Shown one piece after another: positions 21,622-32,382 of a DNA stretch of 64,000 bases (position 1 is its first letter; every line of letters starts with the position of its first letter). Source of the DNA: an uncultured cyanobacterium (GTDB lineage: Bacteria; Cyanobacteriota; Cyanobacteriia; Cyanobacteriales; Nostocaceae); assembly GCA_963706595.1 (NCBI GenBank), contig OY970166.1, positions 32,001-96,000 of the forward strand. The letters are read 5' to 3'. A program made the translations under genes and the position numbers. The notes under the pieces are model-generated. The model did not search any database and had not been told where the DNA came from. It saw only the letters and a list, made by a program, of their open reading frames with translations.

Positions 21622-21667
21622 ATCTAAAACCTAAAATCTAAAATCTAAAATCTAAAAATCTAAAATT
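21622..21667. repeat. STRR heptamer (CTAAAAT)n, degenerate
   Basis: About 6 imperfect tandem copies. Confidence 0.75.
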
Positions 21668-21750
21668 AAACAATCCGGTTTCAATCAGCCAAATTTCTAC
21701 CATAGTTCTCAAGCTGAGTGTGAGAACTATGGAAGCCCTTTGAATTTGGA

Positions 21751-22053
21751 TTATATCTGACCGCTAAAGGCAGGCTTTACTTTGCGGTCAAACCTTTCCC
21801 CCAAGTCTTCGGAAATTGTTAAAGTACCTGGTTTACAGCGCTTGACATTCACAAGTATTCCTTGCGCCCCTTCGACCTCCAAATCTTCTATGTAGCCTTT
21901 GAGTGCGACATTAGCATCAGTGGAACTCAAAAATGGACCGAAGTAGTAAGTACAACTGGGATTTTGCGTCACAATCTCCACCCACCAAGCTAGGCCCAGG
22001 TTGTGGAATGTGTTAATCAATGATTCCTTCAGGTTATGCCAAATTGTTTGCAT
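21751..22053 (-). CDS. DUF1816 domain protein
   Basis: WWVEIVT..P.CTYYFGPF...GYIEDLE.EGA motif. Confidence 0.85.
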   Translation of the reverse strand: MQTIWHNLKESLINTFHNLGLAWWVEIVTQNPSCTYYFGPFLSSTDANVALKGYIEDLEVEGAQGILVNVKRCKPGTLTISEDLGERFDRKVKPAFSGQI

Positions 22054-22151
22054 GGTTGTAGCCGATTTATCAATGTGGTACTGAATATTAAAGGAAAGGA
22101 TATTGTGTTGTTTTTCTTTTACATTTCTTTATACTCTTTTACTGTCTTTTT

Positions 22152-23123
22152 TTAAAGAGGTTTTGGTAATTTATCTAGGTACAAAGTGTTTAAAGAGCGT
22201 TGGCGATAGATTTCATAAAGCGCCATACCTGCCGCCACTGAGGCGTTGAGACTAGGAGTTTTGCCCAGGAGAGGTATTGAAACCAAGACATCGCAGGAGC
22301 GCTGTGTCAGCATACCCAGCCCTTCGCCTTCGGAACCGATGACCAAAACGATCGGGCCACTGAATTTAACTGTATGCAGGGGTTCGCTTCCACCGCTAGC
22401 AGTACCATAAATCCAAAAGCCAGCTGCTTTCAATTCTTCTAAGGCGCGACTGAGGTTAACTACTCTAGATACAGAAAAGTTTTCTAAAGCACCTGCTGCC
22501 ACTTTCATCACGGTAGAAGTAATGCCCGATGCCCTTCTTTGGGGGATGACCAATCCCTGAGCGCCTATGGCTTCAGCCGTACGAATAATTGCTCCCAAAT
22601 TGTGGGGATCAGTAATTCCATCAGCTACCACAATGACAGGATCAGTCACAGATTTCGCTTGTGCAATTAAATCGGTTAACTCCATGTAGTCATGGGGGGC
22701 TACTTGCGCCGCGATACCTTGGTGATTAGCCCTATCAGTAATGTGGTCTAAGCGTTTTGGTTCTACTTCATCAATAACTGTGCCATTTTCCTTCGCTTGC
22801 AGGAGCAAATGATGAAAGCGGTGGTCGTAACGCAGACGAGTAGTAATCCAGATGCGGTTTAGTCCCCGTTCACCTTCTAAGGCGCTCAAAACTGGATGCC
22901 GACCATAAATGAGATCACTATCTTCTGGTGGTTTTGAGGCTACTGGGGATGCTTGGGGATCAATGCGATGTGGGCTTGGGTTTCTGGATACAGGCTTTTT
23001 ATCTCGCTCTCCGACGCGGGGACTGCGGATAGAACTAGGAATGATCCGCTTGGCCTTTAACTTCAGAGTTTGCCCACGATTCTGTTCGCTAGGAGTCTGG
23101 ATTTTCCTGGGTTTACTTGTCAT
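22152..23123 (-). CDS. rlmB: 23S rRNA (guanosine-2'-O)-methyltransferase RlmB
   Basis: [16 protein letters not shown] and SLNASVA SPOUT motifs. Confidence 0.93.
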   Translation of the reverse strand: MTSKPRKIQTPSEQNRGQTLKLKAKRIIPSSIRSPRVGERDKKPVSRNPSPHRIDPQASPVASKPPEDSDLIYGRHPVLSALEGERGLNRIWITTRLRYDHRFHHLLLQAKENGTVIDEVEPKRLDHITDRANHQGIAAQVAPHDYMELTDLIAQAKSVTDPVIVVADGITDPHNLGAIIRTAEAIGAQGLVIPQRRASGITSTVMKVAAGALENFSVSRVVNLSRALEELKAAGFWIYGTASGGSEPLHTVKFSGPIVLVIGSEGEGLGMLTQRSCDVLVSIPLLGKTPSLNASVAAGMALYEIYRQRSLNTLYLDKLPKPL

Positions 23124-23220
23124 ATAAGTTTTGGGTATAGTTTATTGGGTGGACGTTGTGATGCTTTGAATTTACTCAAGCCCAAGTGCTGAGTTTCCTA
23201 TCCTGAGATTGAGTCGCTTA

Positions 23221-23742
23221 CTATTTCTCTAGATGGAGTTTTTGCAACAATTCAGTTAAGCGTGGGAAATCGGAGAGATACAGGTAGCCAATTAAAGTTT
23301 CTAAACTTGTTGCCTGTTGATAGATTTTGGGATCAACCCGCTTAGGTCGTCCTGAAGCGGCGTTACGGCCTCGACGGACAATTTCTAATTCGGCTGGACT
23401 CAAATGAGGAGTAAGCGATCGCAAATGAAGCGCTTGTGTTTCGGCTCTTACCTGTGCTACTACCAAACAGTGGTAGGTTTTTGTCTGCTGCATAGGCAAC
23501 AGATAGAACATCCTAACATATAATTCATAGATTGCGTCACCTATATAGGCTAAAGCCAACGGCGACATTTGTTGTATTTGTGAATGAGTAATCTGTAGTG
23601 GTAATGTCCCGGTGGTTGCCAACAATGCTTGATGCCAAGACAAATCCGGTGTAAGGGTTTCATCTTGTCCATCTAATAGCTCTTTTTCCTGTGATGTCAC
23701 AAATTCATCATTCCTTAACTGGCTGTTGGCAGGGATCTTCAC
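23221..23742 (-). CDS. mrnC: Mini-ribonuclease III (start probably near 23700)
   Basis: LAYIGDAIYE, RRGRNA and ATSLETLIGYL motifs; upstream of rlmB. Confidence 0.9.
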   Translation of the reverse strand: MKIPANSQLRNDEFVTSQEKELLDGQDETLTPDLSWHQALLATTGTLPLQITHSQIQQMSPLALAYIGDAIYELYVRMFYLLPMQQTKTYHCLVVAQVRAETQALHLRSLTPHLSPAELEIVRRGRNAASGRPKRVDPKIYQQATSLETLIGYLYLSDFPRLTELLQKLHLEK

Positions 23743-23951
23743 AGAGCTTTAATTGGTCTATGGTTTCTGAAACCAGCCATGTTGGTACACCTAAGATCAT
23801 CGAGAATGTCAAATATTATTTCTTAATTTTAACCTTTTTTGATTAGTAGTTGATCTTCAGGAGCAATCTATTGTATCAGATAACCAAGCTATTAACCAAG
23901 CTATTTGACTAACTTGACTAGTATGTGGATGTTAAATATTACCTAATTTTT

Positions 23952-23981
23952 AAACCTCTCTCGCCAGGAGAGAGGTTTTTT
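23952..23981. terminator. intrinsic terminator hairpin
   Basis: AAACCTCTCTC-GCCAG-GAGAGAGGTTT with T/A tails, downstream of the STAS gene. Confidence 0.65.
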
Positions 23982-24061
23982 GTCAGCGGTTTGTAAAAAT
24001 TAAGCTACCCAGATATAATTTCGTTCAGATGAGTGTATGTCTCTAGATAAAGCGATCAAGA

Positions 24062-24457
24062 CTACTTGATGTTTTCTAAAGCCGCATCAACTGAAGTTTG
24101 CAGGGCTAGAAACTTTTCTAAGCGAACAAGCTTGACCGTTTGAGTGACGCGGGCATTTGTGACAATTTGCAAAGTACCACTGGCAGTTTGAGCTTGTTTA
24201 GCTAGCTGCACCAGAGCGCCCAGGCCGGAACTATCAACAAAGTCAATTTGTGAGAGATCCAGGATAATATGCTTTGGACCCTCATCAATTTTACTGCCAA
24301 TTACCTTGCGAAACGTCGGCTCAGAAAATGCGTCTAACAAACCTGTGAGGCGGAATAGCTGACAGTTATCCCGGACTTCGCGAGTACCTCTCAGGCTCAC
24401 GGTTAGATTTAGTGGTTCAGCAATAATTCCCTCCTCATGGTTAAAGTAAACGCTCAA
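24062..24457 (-). CDS. STAS domain anti-sigma factor antagonist
   Basis: LDLSQIDFVDSSGLGALV phospho-Ser motif. Confidence 0.92.
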   Translation of the reverse strand: MSVYFNHEEGIIAEPLNLTVSLRGTREVRDNCQLFRLTGLLDAFSEPTFRKVIGSKIDEGPKHIILDLSQIDFVDSSGLGALVQLAKQAQTASGTLQIVTNARVTQTVKLVRLEKFLALQTSVDAALENIK

Positions 24458-24498
24458 GTATAGATGGTTTTAGCACAAGTTGTCTACAACCTGCTGGG

Positions 24499-25859
24499 TT
24501 GACACTCACCGAATTAGAAATTCGGGGATTCTACATTCACTGACTCGCCGTTAGACGACAGGCTTGCGCCAACCGCCCAAGAGGGCAAATCTCCTGTAGC
24601 GTAAGTTCCGGTATGCCCTACCGTACTGAGTCCTAGTCTCAAAATATTGATTGCGGCATTGGTATCTCTGTCTTCTACATATCCGCAATGTGGGCAAACA
24701 TGAGTCCTTGTAGACAAAGATTTCTTCACTTTCTGTCCGCAGTTAGAACAATTTTGGCTTGTATTATGGGGTGGCACTGCAACAGTTACCGAACCATATT
24801 TATGACCAAAATATTCTAACCAAGCGCGAAAAGTATACCAACCAGCATCACTAATCGATTTAGCTAGATGTCGATTTCTTACTAGCCCTTTCACATTTAA
24901 ATCTTCATAGGCTACCAAATCATTAGATTGGATGACGGAGTACGCTAATCTCTTGCAATACTCTTTTCGTTGCCTACTTACCCTTAAATGCTTGCGAGCA
25001 TACCTATTTCTAGCTTTGTGGTAATTGTTTGATTGCCGTTGCTTGGCTTTTTTCTTAGCTGCACTAAACTTCTTGGATTTCTTGCGGTTAGCACGGTTTA
25101 ACTGTTTTTCTGACTTACGGTAGAACTGGGGAGAAGGTTCTACATTACCTTTGTTATCAGCAATGAAGTATTTCAATCCCAAATCAATGCCAACTATTTG
25201 GTTCGTGGGTTGTTTTTCCACTCTCACATCAACATCAACCGCAAATTGAGCATAGTATCCGTCAGCACGACGCACCAAACAGACACGCTTAATTTGCTTG
25301 ATGTCATAGTAATTAAGGTCGTAAGTCCCTTTTAGCTTGAGAGTGCCAATACCTTTCTTATCTGAGAAGGTTATGGCAATTCTTGTTTCTGAAAGCTTCC
25401 ATCCGGTTGATTTATATTCAACTGAACGGCAATTTTTCTTGAACTTGGGGAAACCCTTTTTACCCAAAACCTTTTTCTTGCAGTTATCGTAAAACCGAGC
25501 TATTGCACTCCAGGAACGTTCAGCAGCAGACTGTCTAGCCATTGAGTTGAGTTCATCAGCAAAGGAAAATTCAGCGGCGAGTACCGCACAATATTTATTG
25601 AGGTCATACCTACCAATGTTTTTATGATCCATCCAGTAGCGCAAACACTTATTTTGGATGAACTGGGAAGTACGAATCGCCTCATCAATAGCGCGATACT
25701 GCTTGTCTTTTCCTTTGACCTTGAACTCGTAAACAATCATGGTTCGACCAATTGACCACAAATTTATGTTACCACAATTGACATAAGACGGCTAAATGAA
25801 TTTAGCGCATTCGCTTAGATCCCCCGAATGGAATTCGGGGGTTTTACGCATCACGGCTC
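24499..25859 (-). mobile_element. IS200/IS605-family element encoding only TnpB (IS891/IS1341-like)
   Basis: Minus strand reads TTAT|GAGCCGTGATGCG with left hairpin CCCCCGAAT-TCC-ATTCGGGGG; right end CCGAATT-TCT-AATTCGG-TGAGTGTCAA; no TSD, no tnpA. Confidence 0.88.
24514..25740 (-). CDS. tnpB: RNA-guided endonuclease TnpB
   Basis: RuvC motifs GIDLG, YEDL and DRD.NAA.NI; CSNC/CPHC zinc ribbon; start taken at MIVYEFK. Confidence 0.95.
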   Translation of the reverse strand: MIVYEFKVKGKDKQYRAIDEAIRTSQFIQNKCLRYWMDHKNIGRYDLNKYCAVLAAEFSFADELNSMARQSAAERSWSAIARFYDNCKKKVLGKKGFPKFKKNCRSVEYKSTGWKLSETRIAITFSDKKGIGTLKLKGTYDLNYYDIKQIKRVCLVRRADGYYAQFAVDVDVRVEKQPTNQIVGIDLGLKYFIADNKGNVEPSPQFYRKSEKQLNRANRKKSKKFSAAKKKAKQRQSNNYHKARNRYARKHLRVSRQRKEYCKRLAYSVIQSNDLVAYEDLNVKGLVRNRHLAKSISDAGWYTFRAWLEYFGHKYGSVTVAVPPHNTSQNCSNCGQKVKKSLSTRTHVCPHCGYVEDRDTNAAINILRLGLSTVGHTGTYATGDLPSWAVGASLSSNGESVNVESPNF

Positions 25860-25863
25860 ATAA

Positions 25864-25894
25864 GGGAGTAGGGAGTAGGGAGTAGGGAGTAGGG
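25864..25894. repeat. STRR heptamer (GGGAGTA)x4
   Basis: Tandem copies directly flanking the IS left end. Confidence 0.8.
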
Positions 25895-25954
25895 GGAAAG
25901 AAATTTACGCAAAACTTTTTTCACTCAAAACTTTCCTCACTCAGCACTCAGCAC

Positions 25955-27109
25955 TCAGCACTTCGATAGCCGGGAAGTTCGCATTGTTTGGACAAATTGC
26001 TCAAATAAGTAGTCAGCATCGTGAGGGCCAGGACTAGCTTCTGGGTGATACTGAACGGAGAATATAGGCAGAGACTTATGACGGACCCCAGCCACCGTGC
26101 GGTCATTGAGGTTGAGATGGCTAACTTCGATAACTCCCACAGGTAATGAATCTGGGTCAATCGCAAAACTGTGGTTTTGGCTGGTAATTTCTATCTTCTG
26201 CTGTAGTCCTGCGGGCTGGTTTAAACCACGATGACCAAATTTGAGTTTATAAGTTTCTGCCCCTAGAGCGTGACCTAAAATTTGGTGTCCCATACAAATA
26301 CCGAATATGGGTTTTTGACTTTCCAGCAATGCTTTAGCAGTGGTAATGCCTTCAGTGACGGCGGCTGGATCACCAGGGCCATTGGAAAGAAAGATGCCAT
26401 CTGGGTTGTATTTGAGAATTTCCTCTGCTGATGTATCTATGGGAACCACGATGACTCGACAACCGTAACTGGCTAGGCGACGCAAAATATTCCGTTTTAC
26501 ACCAAAGTCCAGGGCGACAACTGTGAAAGGTTCCCCCGAATTTACTAGAGATTCTGAGTTGAATTCCCAGGCTGGAATTGTCGCCTCTGTCCATTCATAG
26601 ACAGAAGGGGTGGAGACTTGACGCGCCAAGTTTAAACCAGCCATGCTAGGTGCTGCCTGTACAAGTTCTAACAATTCCACTTCATCGAGAATTGATGTAG
26701 AAATACCACCATTCATGGCTCCTAATGTGCGAATTTTGCGTGTGAGGGCGCGGGTATCAATGCCGTAAATACCAGGGATTTGGTGCTGATGGAGGTAATC
26801 AGGCAGGGATTGTGTTGAGCGCCAGTTACTGGGACGATGACAAATATTGCGTGCGATCGCTCCTTGCACTTGCGGCCGAGCCGATTCTTCGTCTTCAATA
26901 TTGATACCAGTATTCCCTAATTCAGGATAGGTAAAAATGACAATTTGACCGCAATAGCTAGGGTCAGTCAGGACTTCTTGATATCCAGTCATGCCAGTGT
27001 TGAATACCACTTCCCCGATTTTGGTTCCCGTTGCACCAAAAGACCAACCGCGATAAGTAGTTCCATCGGCTAAGACAAGTAGAGCAGGTATTGAGTCAGT
27101 CAGGGGCAT
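25955..27109 (-). CDS. carA: carbamoyl-phosphate synthase small subunit
   Basis: [28 protein letters not shown] and [12 protein letters not shown] motifs. Confidence 0.98.
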   Translation of the reverse strand: MPLTDSIPALLVLADGTTYRGWSFGATGTKIGEVVFNTGMTGYQEVLTDPSYCGQIVIFTYPELGNTGINIEDEESARPQVQGAIARNICHRPSNWRSTQSLPDYLHQHQIPGIYGIDTRALTRKIRTLGAMNGGISTSILDEVELLELVQAAPSMAGLNLARQVSTPSVYEWTEATIPAWEFNSESLVNSGEPFTVVALDFGVKRNILRRLASYGCRVIVVPIDTSAEEILKYNPDGIFLSNGPGDPAAVTEGITTAKALLESQKPIFGICMGHQILGHALGAETYKLKFGHRGLNQPAGLQQKIEITSQNHSFAIDPDSLPVGVIEVSHLNLNDRTVAGVRHKSLPIFSVQYHPEASPGPHDADYLFEQFVQTMRTSRLSKC

Positions 27110-27449
27110 AGGTGATTAAGACTTCCATGATAGGTTTAAATATTGGGCATGGGGTGTTACCCCGATTTCCAAAGAGGTAATTCTTCTCTCTACCCCCAAG
27201 AAGTGTAGCAAAGCTTGACCTTGGATATAGTGGAAGAATCATGATCTTGATTGTGGAAATTTATTTAGCCGTCAACAGTCAGCAGTTAACAGTCAACAGT
27301 TAACAGTAAGCAGTCTTGAGTCCTCAATTTAGCTAATACTGCGAATATCAATTATCTCATCTGGCACTCCCTACACTTGATTTTCTAGGATTTGGTCAGA
27401 ATCGGTGGCAAAACAAAACTAAATTTGCAGTCCCTTACATTAAGTAAAA

Positions 27450-28508
27450 TTGAAGTTAATTATGCTTCAGTCGTTTTTATCTCGTGCAACCCTGATTTTT
27501 ATCTCCAGCACTCTCGCAGTTTTGGGTGTTGCTTGTAATCAAAAAAAATACACTTCTGGGACTATTAGCCATCAAAATTCTGTAGTCACTGACAATTTGG
27601 CAGTTTCGCCTCCTGTGGAACCTATAGCACCACCAGCATTGCCAGCACCGAAAGCACTACCACCGTCAGCACCCGAAAGAAATTTTTTTGAGCTGGCGCT
27701 AGATAAAGCGGTAGGGGCTTGGAGCATCAGTCAATCGGCTCAATCGCCAGATGATTGGCAGTTGGTTGTCAGTCAGTACCAAGATGCGATCGCGCTCATG
27801 GAAAAAGTGCCGGAACACAGCTTGGAGTTTGACACAGCCCAAGACAAAATTTTCCAATACCAAGGTCAGGTGAAAACAGCCCGACAAAAAGCTACTCCTC
27901 GCCCTGTCCCGTTACCAAAGCCTGAGAATCAGCCCATCGTCGTGGCTGTTCCCCAGCCTCAAACCACTCGTGAGCCTACCCTAAATCCACCTGCATCCAG
28001 ACCACAGCCACCAGTTAAATCCATTGCGCCGATTTCCGCATTACAAGCCCCAGACAAAGCAGTATTTACTGCCCCCATCAAACGACGCATGGGTGGAACG
28101 CCAATTGTAGAAGTCATTTTCAACAATCAGCAGAAATTTGAAATGATTGTGGATACAGGAGCCAGTGGTACAGTGATCACCCAAGAAATGGCTAATGCTT
28201 TGGGAGTTGTGCCAGTGGGAACAGCTAAGGCCAATACTGCCAGTGCCAGAACTGTAGAATTTCCCATTGGTTATGTTGATTCAATGGCAATTGCTGGGGT
28301 AAAGGTGAATAGAGTTGCAGTGGCGATCGCAGGCGAACAGTTAGAAACTGGATTACTAGGTCACGACTTTTTTGGCAACTATGATGTCACCATTCGACGC
28401 GATGTGGTCGAGTTTAGTCCGCAATCACACTTAGAAATTAATGCTGTAGAAACTCAACCAGCTGTGCCAATTTTTCCCAAGCCGAACCAGACCGAAGAAT
28501 TTCCCTAG
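27450..28508 (+). CDS. lipoprotein with C-terminal retropepsin-like aspartic protease domain
   Basis: LGVAC lipobox-like, Pro-rich linker, IVDTGAS and GLLGHDF motifs. Confidence 0.85.
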   Translation: MKLIMLQSFLSRATLIFISSTLAVLGVACNQKKYTSGTISHQNSVVTDNLAVSPPVEPIAPPALPAPKALPPSAPERNFFELALDKAVGAWSISQSAQSPDDWQLVVSQYQDAIALMEKVPEHSLEFDTAQDKIFQYQGQVKTARQKATPRPVPLPKPENQPIVVAVPQPQTTREPTLNPPASRPQPPVKSIAPISALQAPDKAVFTAPIKRRMGGTPIVEVIFNNQQKFEMIVDTGASGTVITQEMANALGVVPVGTAKANTASARTVEFPIGYVDSMAIAGVKVNRVAVAIAGEQLETGLLGHDFFGNYDVTIRRDVVEFSPQSHLEINAVETQPAVPIFPKPNQTEEFP

Positions 28509-29502
28509 ATAAACTCACACCTTGAGCATGGTCTAACAACGGAATTGCCCCCGCTACTTGCAGTGCCAAGGAAGCATTTAATGCTACAGCGTCCTGTTGT
28601 GCCTGAGTTCCCTTACCTTGTAATACTGCCTTCAGAATCACTGCATTTTCTTGAACATCTCCACCCCGGAGGGCAGCGAGGGTAGCAGTATTTACGCCCA
28701 CTTCTTGAGGATTGAGAGTAGTTAAATGCACTTCACCCTCTGATAAAACTGCCAAATCCGTGATATCTCCTAACCCAGCCTCATCCAGTCTTTCTCGCCC
28801 ATGCAGGACAATCGCTTTTTGTTTACCCAAATTATTTAACGCTTGGGCAACAGTTGTTAAAAGTTTGGGAGTGAATAGCCCGACTACTTGCCCACTGGGA
28901 TGTAATGGATTGACTAATGGTCCAAGTAAATTAAATATTGTTCGGACTTTGAGAGTTCGTCGCAAAGAACCCACAGCTTTGAGTGCAGGATGCCACCCAG
29001 GAGCAAATAAGAAAGTTATCCCTACTTCTTGTACTGCCGCTTGCACCTTTTCCGGAGCAGCACCCAGATTGACTCCCAAAGCTTCCAAGACATCCGCGCT
29101 ACCTGTCAGACTTGACGCGGAACGATTGCCATGTTTAGCAACGGGGACACCGTAGGCAGCAGCAACAAAAGCAACTGCTGTGGAAATATTAAAAGTTGAT
29201 GACCCATCGCCGCCAGTACCACAGGTATCTATGAGATTGGGAACTAGGGTTTGGGTGGATATTTGCTCAGTCCCCAGTCTTGATTGAGATTGTAATACTT
29301 CCGCCATCCCCGTCAATTCTTCGGCGGAAATGCCTTTAAAGTTCAGCGCTGTTAAAATTGCCCCTGATAATTCTGGGGGAACAGCCTCAGTTAACCACCC
29401 TTGCATCAATTCCGAGGCTTGAATGCGAGTCAATGATTGACTATCCATTAATTGTTGCAGCAGCAGATGCCAGTTAGCAGAGGATGCTGGAGAAGTTGCC
29501 AT
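28438..29502 (-). CDS. trpD: anthranilate phosphoribosyltransferase
   Basis: [30 protein letters not shown] motifs. Confidence 0.97.
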   Translation of the reverse strand: MATSPASSANWHLLLQQLMDSQSLTRIQASELMQGWLTEAVPPELSGAILTALNFKGISAEELTGMAEVLQSQSRLGTEQISTQTLVPNLIDTCGTGGDGSSTFNISTAVAFVAAAYGVPVAKHGNRSASSLTGSADVLEALGVNLGAAPEKVQAAVQEVGITFLFAPGWHPALKAVGSLRRTLKVRTIFNLLGPLVNPLHPSGQVVGLFTPKLLTTVAQALNNLGKQKAIVLHGRERLDEAGLGDITDLAVLSEGEVHLTTLNPQEVGVNTATLAALRGGDVQENAVILKAVLQGKGTQAQQDAVALNASLALQVAGAIPLLDHAQGVSLSREILRSGSAWEKLAQLVEFLQH

Positions 29503-29744
29503 AGTATTACTTGGTTGTAGGGTGTAGCTCAGTTGAGGATAGGAGCTATCCTACCGAAAAATGGGAACCTACTGAAGAAGAGGCAGGGGGATAGGGAGCA
29601 GGGTGCAGGGTGCAATGCATGATTTAAGCCAAATTTAGTTAAGAGAAGGTTATAAAGTACGCAAGTTTTAGGTAAAATCAAATAATTGTCGGATTTTATT
29701 CATAGAATTTCATTCTGAAAATGCAGAATTTATAGGAGGAATTA

Positions 29745-29954
29745 TTGTATACCTCAAAGAGTGTTCAAGTCGGGGATAAAGTTTTGATACTACGTCCAGC
29801 TTATGTAATCGGAAAAGTTGGCGTAGTTTGTGGGTTCGAGTCAAACTCGGATAGTCAAGCTAGCAGGCGTTGTATTATCCAAATAGAATCGGAAAATATT
29901 GTGGTGTCACTCACCCCGGACGAGTTTCAGGGACTTAGCCCGGGATTTAAATAA
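29745..29954 (+). CDS. small hypothetical protein, KOW/SH3-like
   Basis: AGGGAG RBS; VQVGDKVLI..GKVGVV pattern. Confidence 0.5.
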   Translation: MYTSKSVQVGDKVLILRPAYVIGKVGVVCGFESNSDSQASRRCIIQIESENIVVSLTPDEFQGLSPGFK

Positions 29955-29956
29955 TT

Positions 29957-30223
29957 TCACAGTGTTGTCGGTGGTTCTATGTCTTGAGCAATGCTCAGTT
30001 GTTTTTTGCTGCGTTTCAACTGCTTCCAAAGAGTTTTAATTTTTTTATAAGCTTGTTCGGGAGTCAGTTTCCCAGATGTTTCTAAATTGGAGATGTAGCC
30101 CACTCTTTGAGCAAATTCTTGCAGATTGGCATTAAATACTAAATGTTCTGGCCGAAATTGACCATAATAGCGACTGCGAGGGTAAATAAAGTTGTTTTTA
30201 TCGTCCTGATTAGGCTCTGCCAT
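29957..30223 (-). CDS. conserved cyanobacterial small protein
   Basis: YYGQFRPEHLVFNANLQEFAQRV..LETSGKL motif; G-rich RBS. Confidence 0.8.
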   Translation of the reverse strand: MAEPNQDDKNNFIYPRSRYYGQFRPEHLVFNANLQEFAQRVGYISNLETSGKLTPEQAYKKIKTLWKQLKRSKKQLSIAQDIEPPTTL

Positions 30224-30388
30224 CAGTTGACCCCCCTATTAATTAGTTTTTCATCAATACTAAACTAATGTAACTATTGGCGTGACTAATTTTCTGCCAA
30301 TTTGTCAAAAGTTTTTCTCAGGATGGTCGATGAAGCTGAAAAATATGAGAGACACGAAATTCGTGCCTCGAAAAGGTTTGGTAATCTT

Positions 30389-30577
30389 TCAGAAAAGATT
30401 TTCTTCCCCATGACGAGATGTATATGTGGCTACTACAACTTGTTGTGGTGTCAATTGACTAATGGGGGCTGGTTTCATATCCCGGTAGTCTAGCAACTGC
30501 ACTAAAATTAAGTAGGCGATCGCTAACAGAATAGAAATTGCACCTGTAATCACTGCCACAATTTTCGAGCGATCCAT
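30389..30577 (-). CDS. small single-TM conserved protein
   Basis: MDRSKIVAVITGAISILLAIAYL..LLDYR.MKPAP; GAGGA RBS. Confidence 0.7.
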   Translation of the reverse strand: MDRSKIVAVITGAISILLAIAYLILVQLLDYRDMKPAPISQLTPQQVVVATYTSRHGEENLF

Positions 30578-30706
30578 TAATATTTCCTCTCAGTACTTTT
30601 TATACATATTATAAAAGTTTACACAAAATATCCCATGAACCTGATCATTTATGATAATTGATATGCACTTCCAGCAAATTTAAATTGGGTAACTCAGCGT
30701 ATAAAT

Positions 30707-32020
30707 ATGGATAAACAACCGATACAAGTAATTGGAGGTGGACTAGCTGGGACAGAAGCAGCTTGGCAAATAGCCCAGGCTGGAGTGCCGGTGATTCTCC
30801 ATGAAATGCGCCCAAGTCGCTTTAGTCCTGCCCATCATACCGAACATCTGGCAGAATTAGTCTGTAGTAATTCCTTTGGGGCTATGGCAAGCGATCGCGC
30901 TACCGGATTATTACATGAAGAACTACGTCAACTCAACTCTATTGTTATTGCCAAAGCCGATGAACACTCGGTTCCGGCTGGTGGGGCGTTAGCCGTAGAC
31001 AGAGGGCGATTTGGTCAAGACTTGACGGAAACCTTATGTAACCATCCTTTAATTGAATTTCGCCGGGGTGAAGTCCCAGCAATTCCTGAAGGAATCGTAG
31101 TTTTAGCCACGGGACCTTTAACCAGTCCTGATTTAGCCGCAGATTTGCATCGCGTGACGGGGATGGAATATCTCAGCTTCTTTGATGCGGCGAGTCCCAT
31201 TGTTGTGGGAGAATCGATTAACCATGATGTAGCTTTTATGGCATCGCGCTATGACAAAGGTGAGGCGGCTTACCTAAACTGTCCGATGAATAAAGAGCAA
31301 TATCTGCACTTTTGGTCAGAACTCCGTCAAGCTGAACAAACTGAAATCAAAGACTTTGAACGGGAAACAGCCAAGTTTTTTGAAGCTTGTTTACCCATTG
31401 AAGAACAAGCACACCGGGGAGAAGACACCATGCGTTATGGTCCTCTGAAACCAGTGGGATTGTCTGATAGTCGCACAGGGGAACGTTCCTATGCAGTGGT
31501 ACAACTCCGCCAAGAAGATAAAGCTGGTCAACTTTGGAATATGGTAGGATTCCAAACTAATCTGCGTTGGGGTGAACAAAAGCGAGTTTTCCGGCTGATT
31601 CCCGGTTTAGAAAATGCCGAATTTGTGCGGTTAGGAGTCATGCACCGCAACACTTTTTTGAATGCACCGCAATTAATGCACTCGACTTTGCAATTTAAGC
31701 AGCGTCCAACTTTGTTAGCAGCTGGACAGTTGATTGGGACTGAAGGTTACAGCGCAGCCGCAGCAGATGGTTGGTTAGCGGGAACTAATGCCGCCCGGAT
31801 AGCTTTGGGTAAGGAACCATTAACAGCACCACCAACTACAATGATGGGGGCGTTATTAGAATTTATTAGTTCAGCTTCACCGAAGCATTTTCAACCAATG
31901 CCGCCAAATTTTGGTATTATGCCGGATTTAGGGGTGAAAATAAAAAGTAAGCCGGAGCGTTATGGACGTTATCGCGATCGCTCTTTGGCTGACTTAGCAA
32001 GTTGGAAAAATCAGTTTTAA
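30707..32020 (+). CDS. trmFO: FADH2-oxidizing methylenetetrahydrofolate-tRNA-(uracil-54)-methyltransferase
   Basis: [25 protein letters not shown] and GVMHRNTF motifs. Confidence 0.97.
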   Translation: MDKQPIQVIGGGLAGTEAAWQIAQAGVPVILHEMRPSRFSPAHHTEHLAELVCSNSFGAMASDRATGLLHEELRQLNSIVIAKADEHSVPAGGALAVDRGRFGQDLTETLCNHPLIEFRRGEVPAIPEGIVVLATGPLTSPDLAADLHRVTGMEYLSFFDAASPIVVGESINHDVAFMASRYDKGEAAYLNCPMNKEQYLHFWSELRQAEQTEIKDFERETAKFFEACLPIEEQAHRGEDTMRYGPLKPVGLSDSRTGERSYAVVQLRQEDKAGQLWNMVGFQTNLRWGEQKRVFRLIPGLENAEFVRLGVMHRNTFLNAPQLMHSTLQFKQRPTLLAAGQLIGTEGYSAAAADGWLAGTNAARIALGKEPLTAPPTTMMGALLEFISSASPKHFQPMPPNFGIMPDLGVKIKSKPERYGRYRDRSLADLASWKNQF

Positions 32021-32317
32021 GAAACCCCTCCCCTAGCCCCTCCCCGCAAGCGAGGAGGGGAATTTAGAATTAAAAATTTCACCTCTAGATAAATTGTCCC
32101 TCTCCTTGGTAAGGAGAGGGACAGGTTTTGCATCGCAAAACCAGGGTGAGGTTCTTCGCTGAGTTTAAACCGCAAGCGACGAGAGGAACGTAGAAAAAAT
32201 TTCACCTGTAGATAAATTTTCCCTCTCCTTACCAAGGAGAGGGACAGGTTTTGCATCGCAAAACCAGGGTGAGGTTCTTCGCCGAGTCTAAACCGCAAGC
32301 GGGGAGGGGAATTTTAG
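32021..32317. repeat. tandem composite REP array (two ~125-bp units plus a partial third)
   Basis: CCGCAAGCG starts at 32044, 32170 and 32293; each full unit holds a CCCTCTCCTT/AAGGAGAGGG hairpin and GGTTTTGCATCGCAAAACC. Confidence 0.85.
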
Positions 32318-32382
32318 ATGTTAGATTTTGCTAAATTTTGGGAATAATGCTGTTAATGGTTGCAATTGCCTAAATCAACAGC

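Noticed and set aside
28438..28508. 71-bp convergent overlap of trpD and the aspartic protease gene
   Set aside because: Only a low-complexity tail after the protease domain overlaps; tail-to-tail overlaps are common.
31765..31770. TrmFO AAAADG where AAAGG might be expected
   Set aside because: A single substitution recalled from memory, in a sequence with apparent errors; not supportable.
32017..32298. 93-aa ORF with internal repeat; possible CRISPR-like array
   Set aside because: The ORF is a translation of the REP tandem. The units are near-identical throughout, with no unique spacers and no cas genes.
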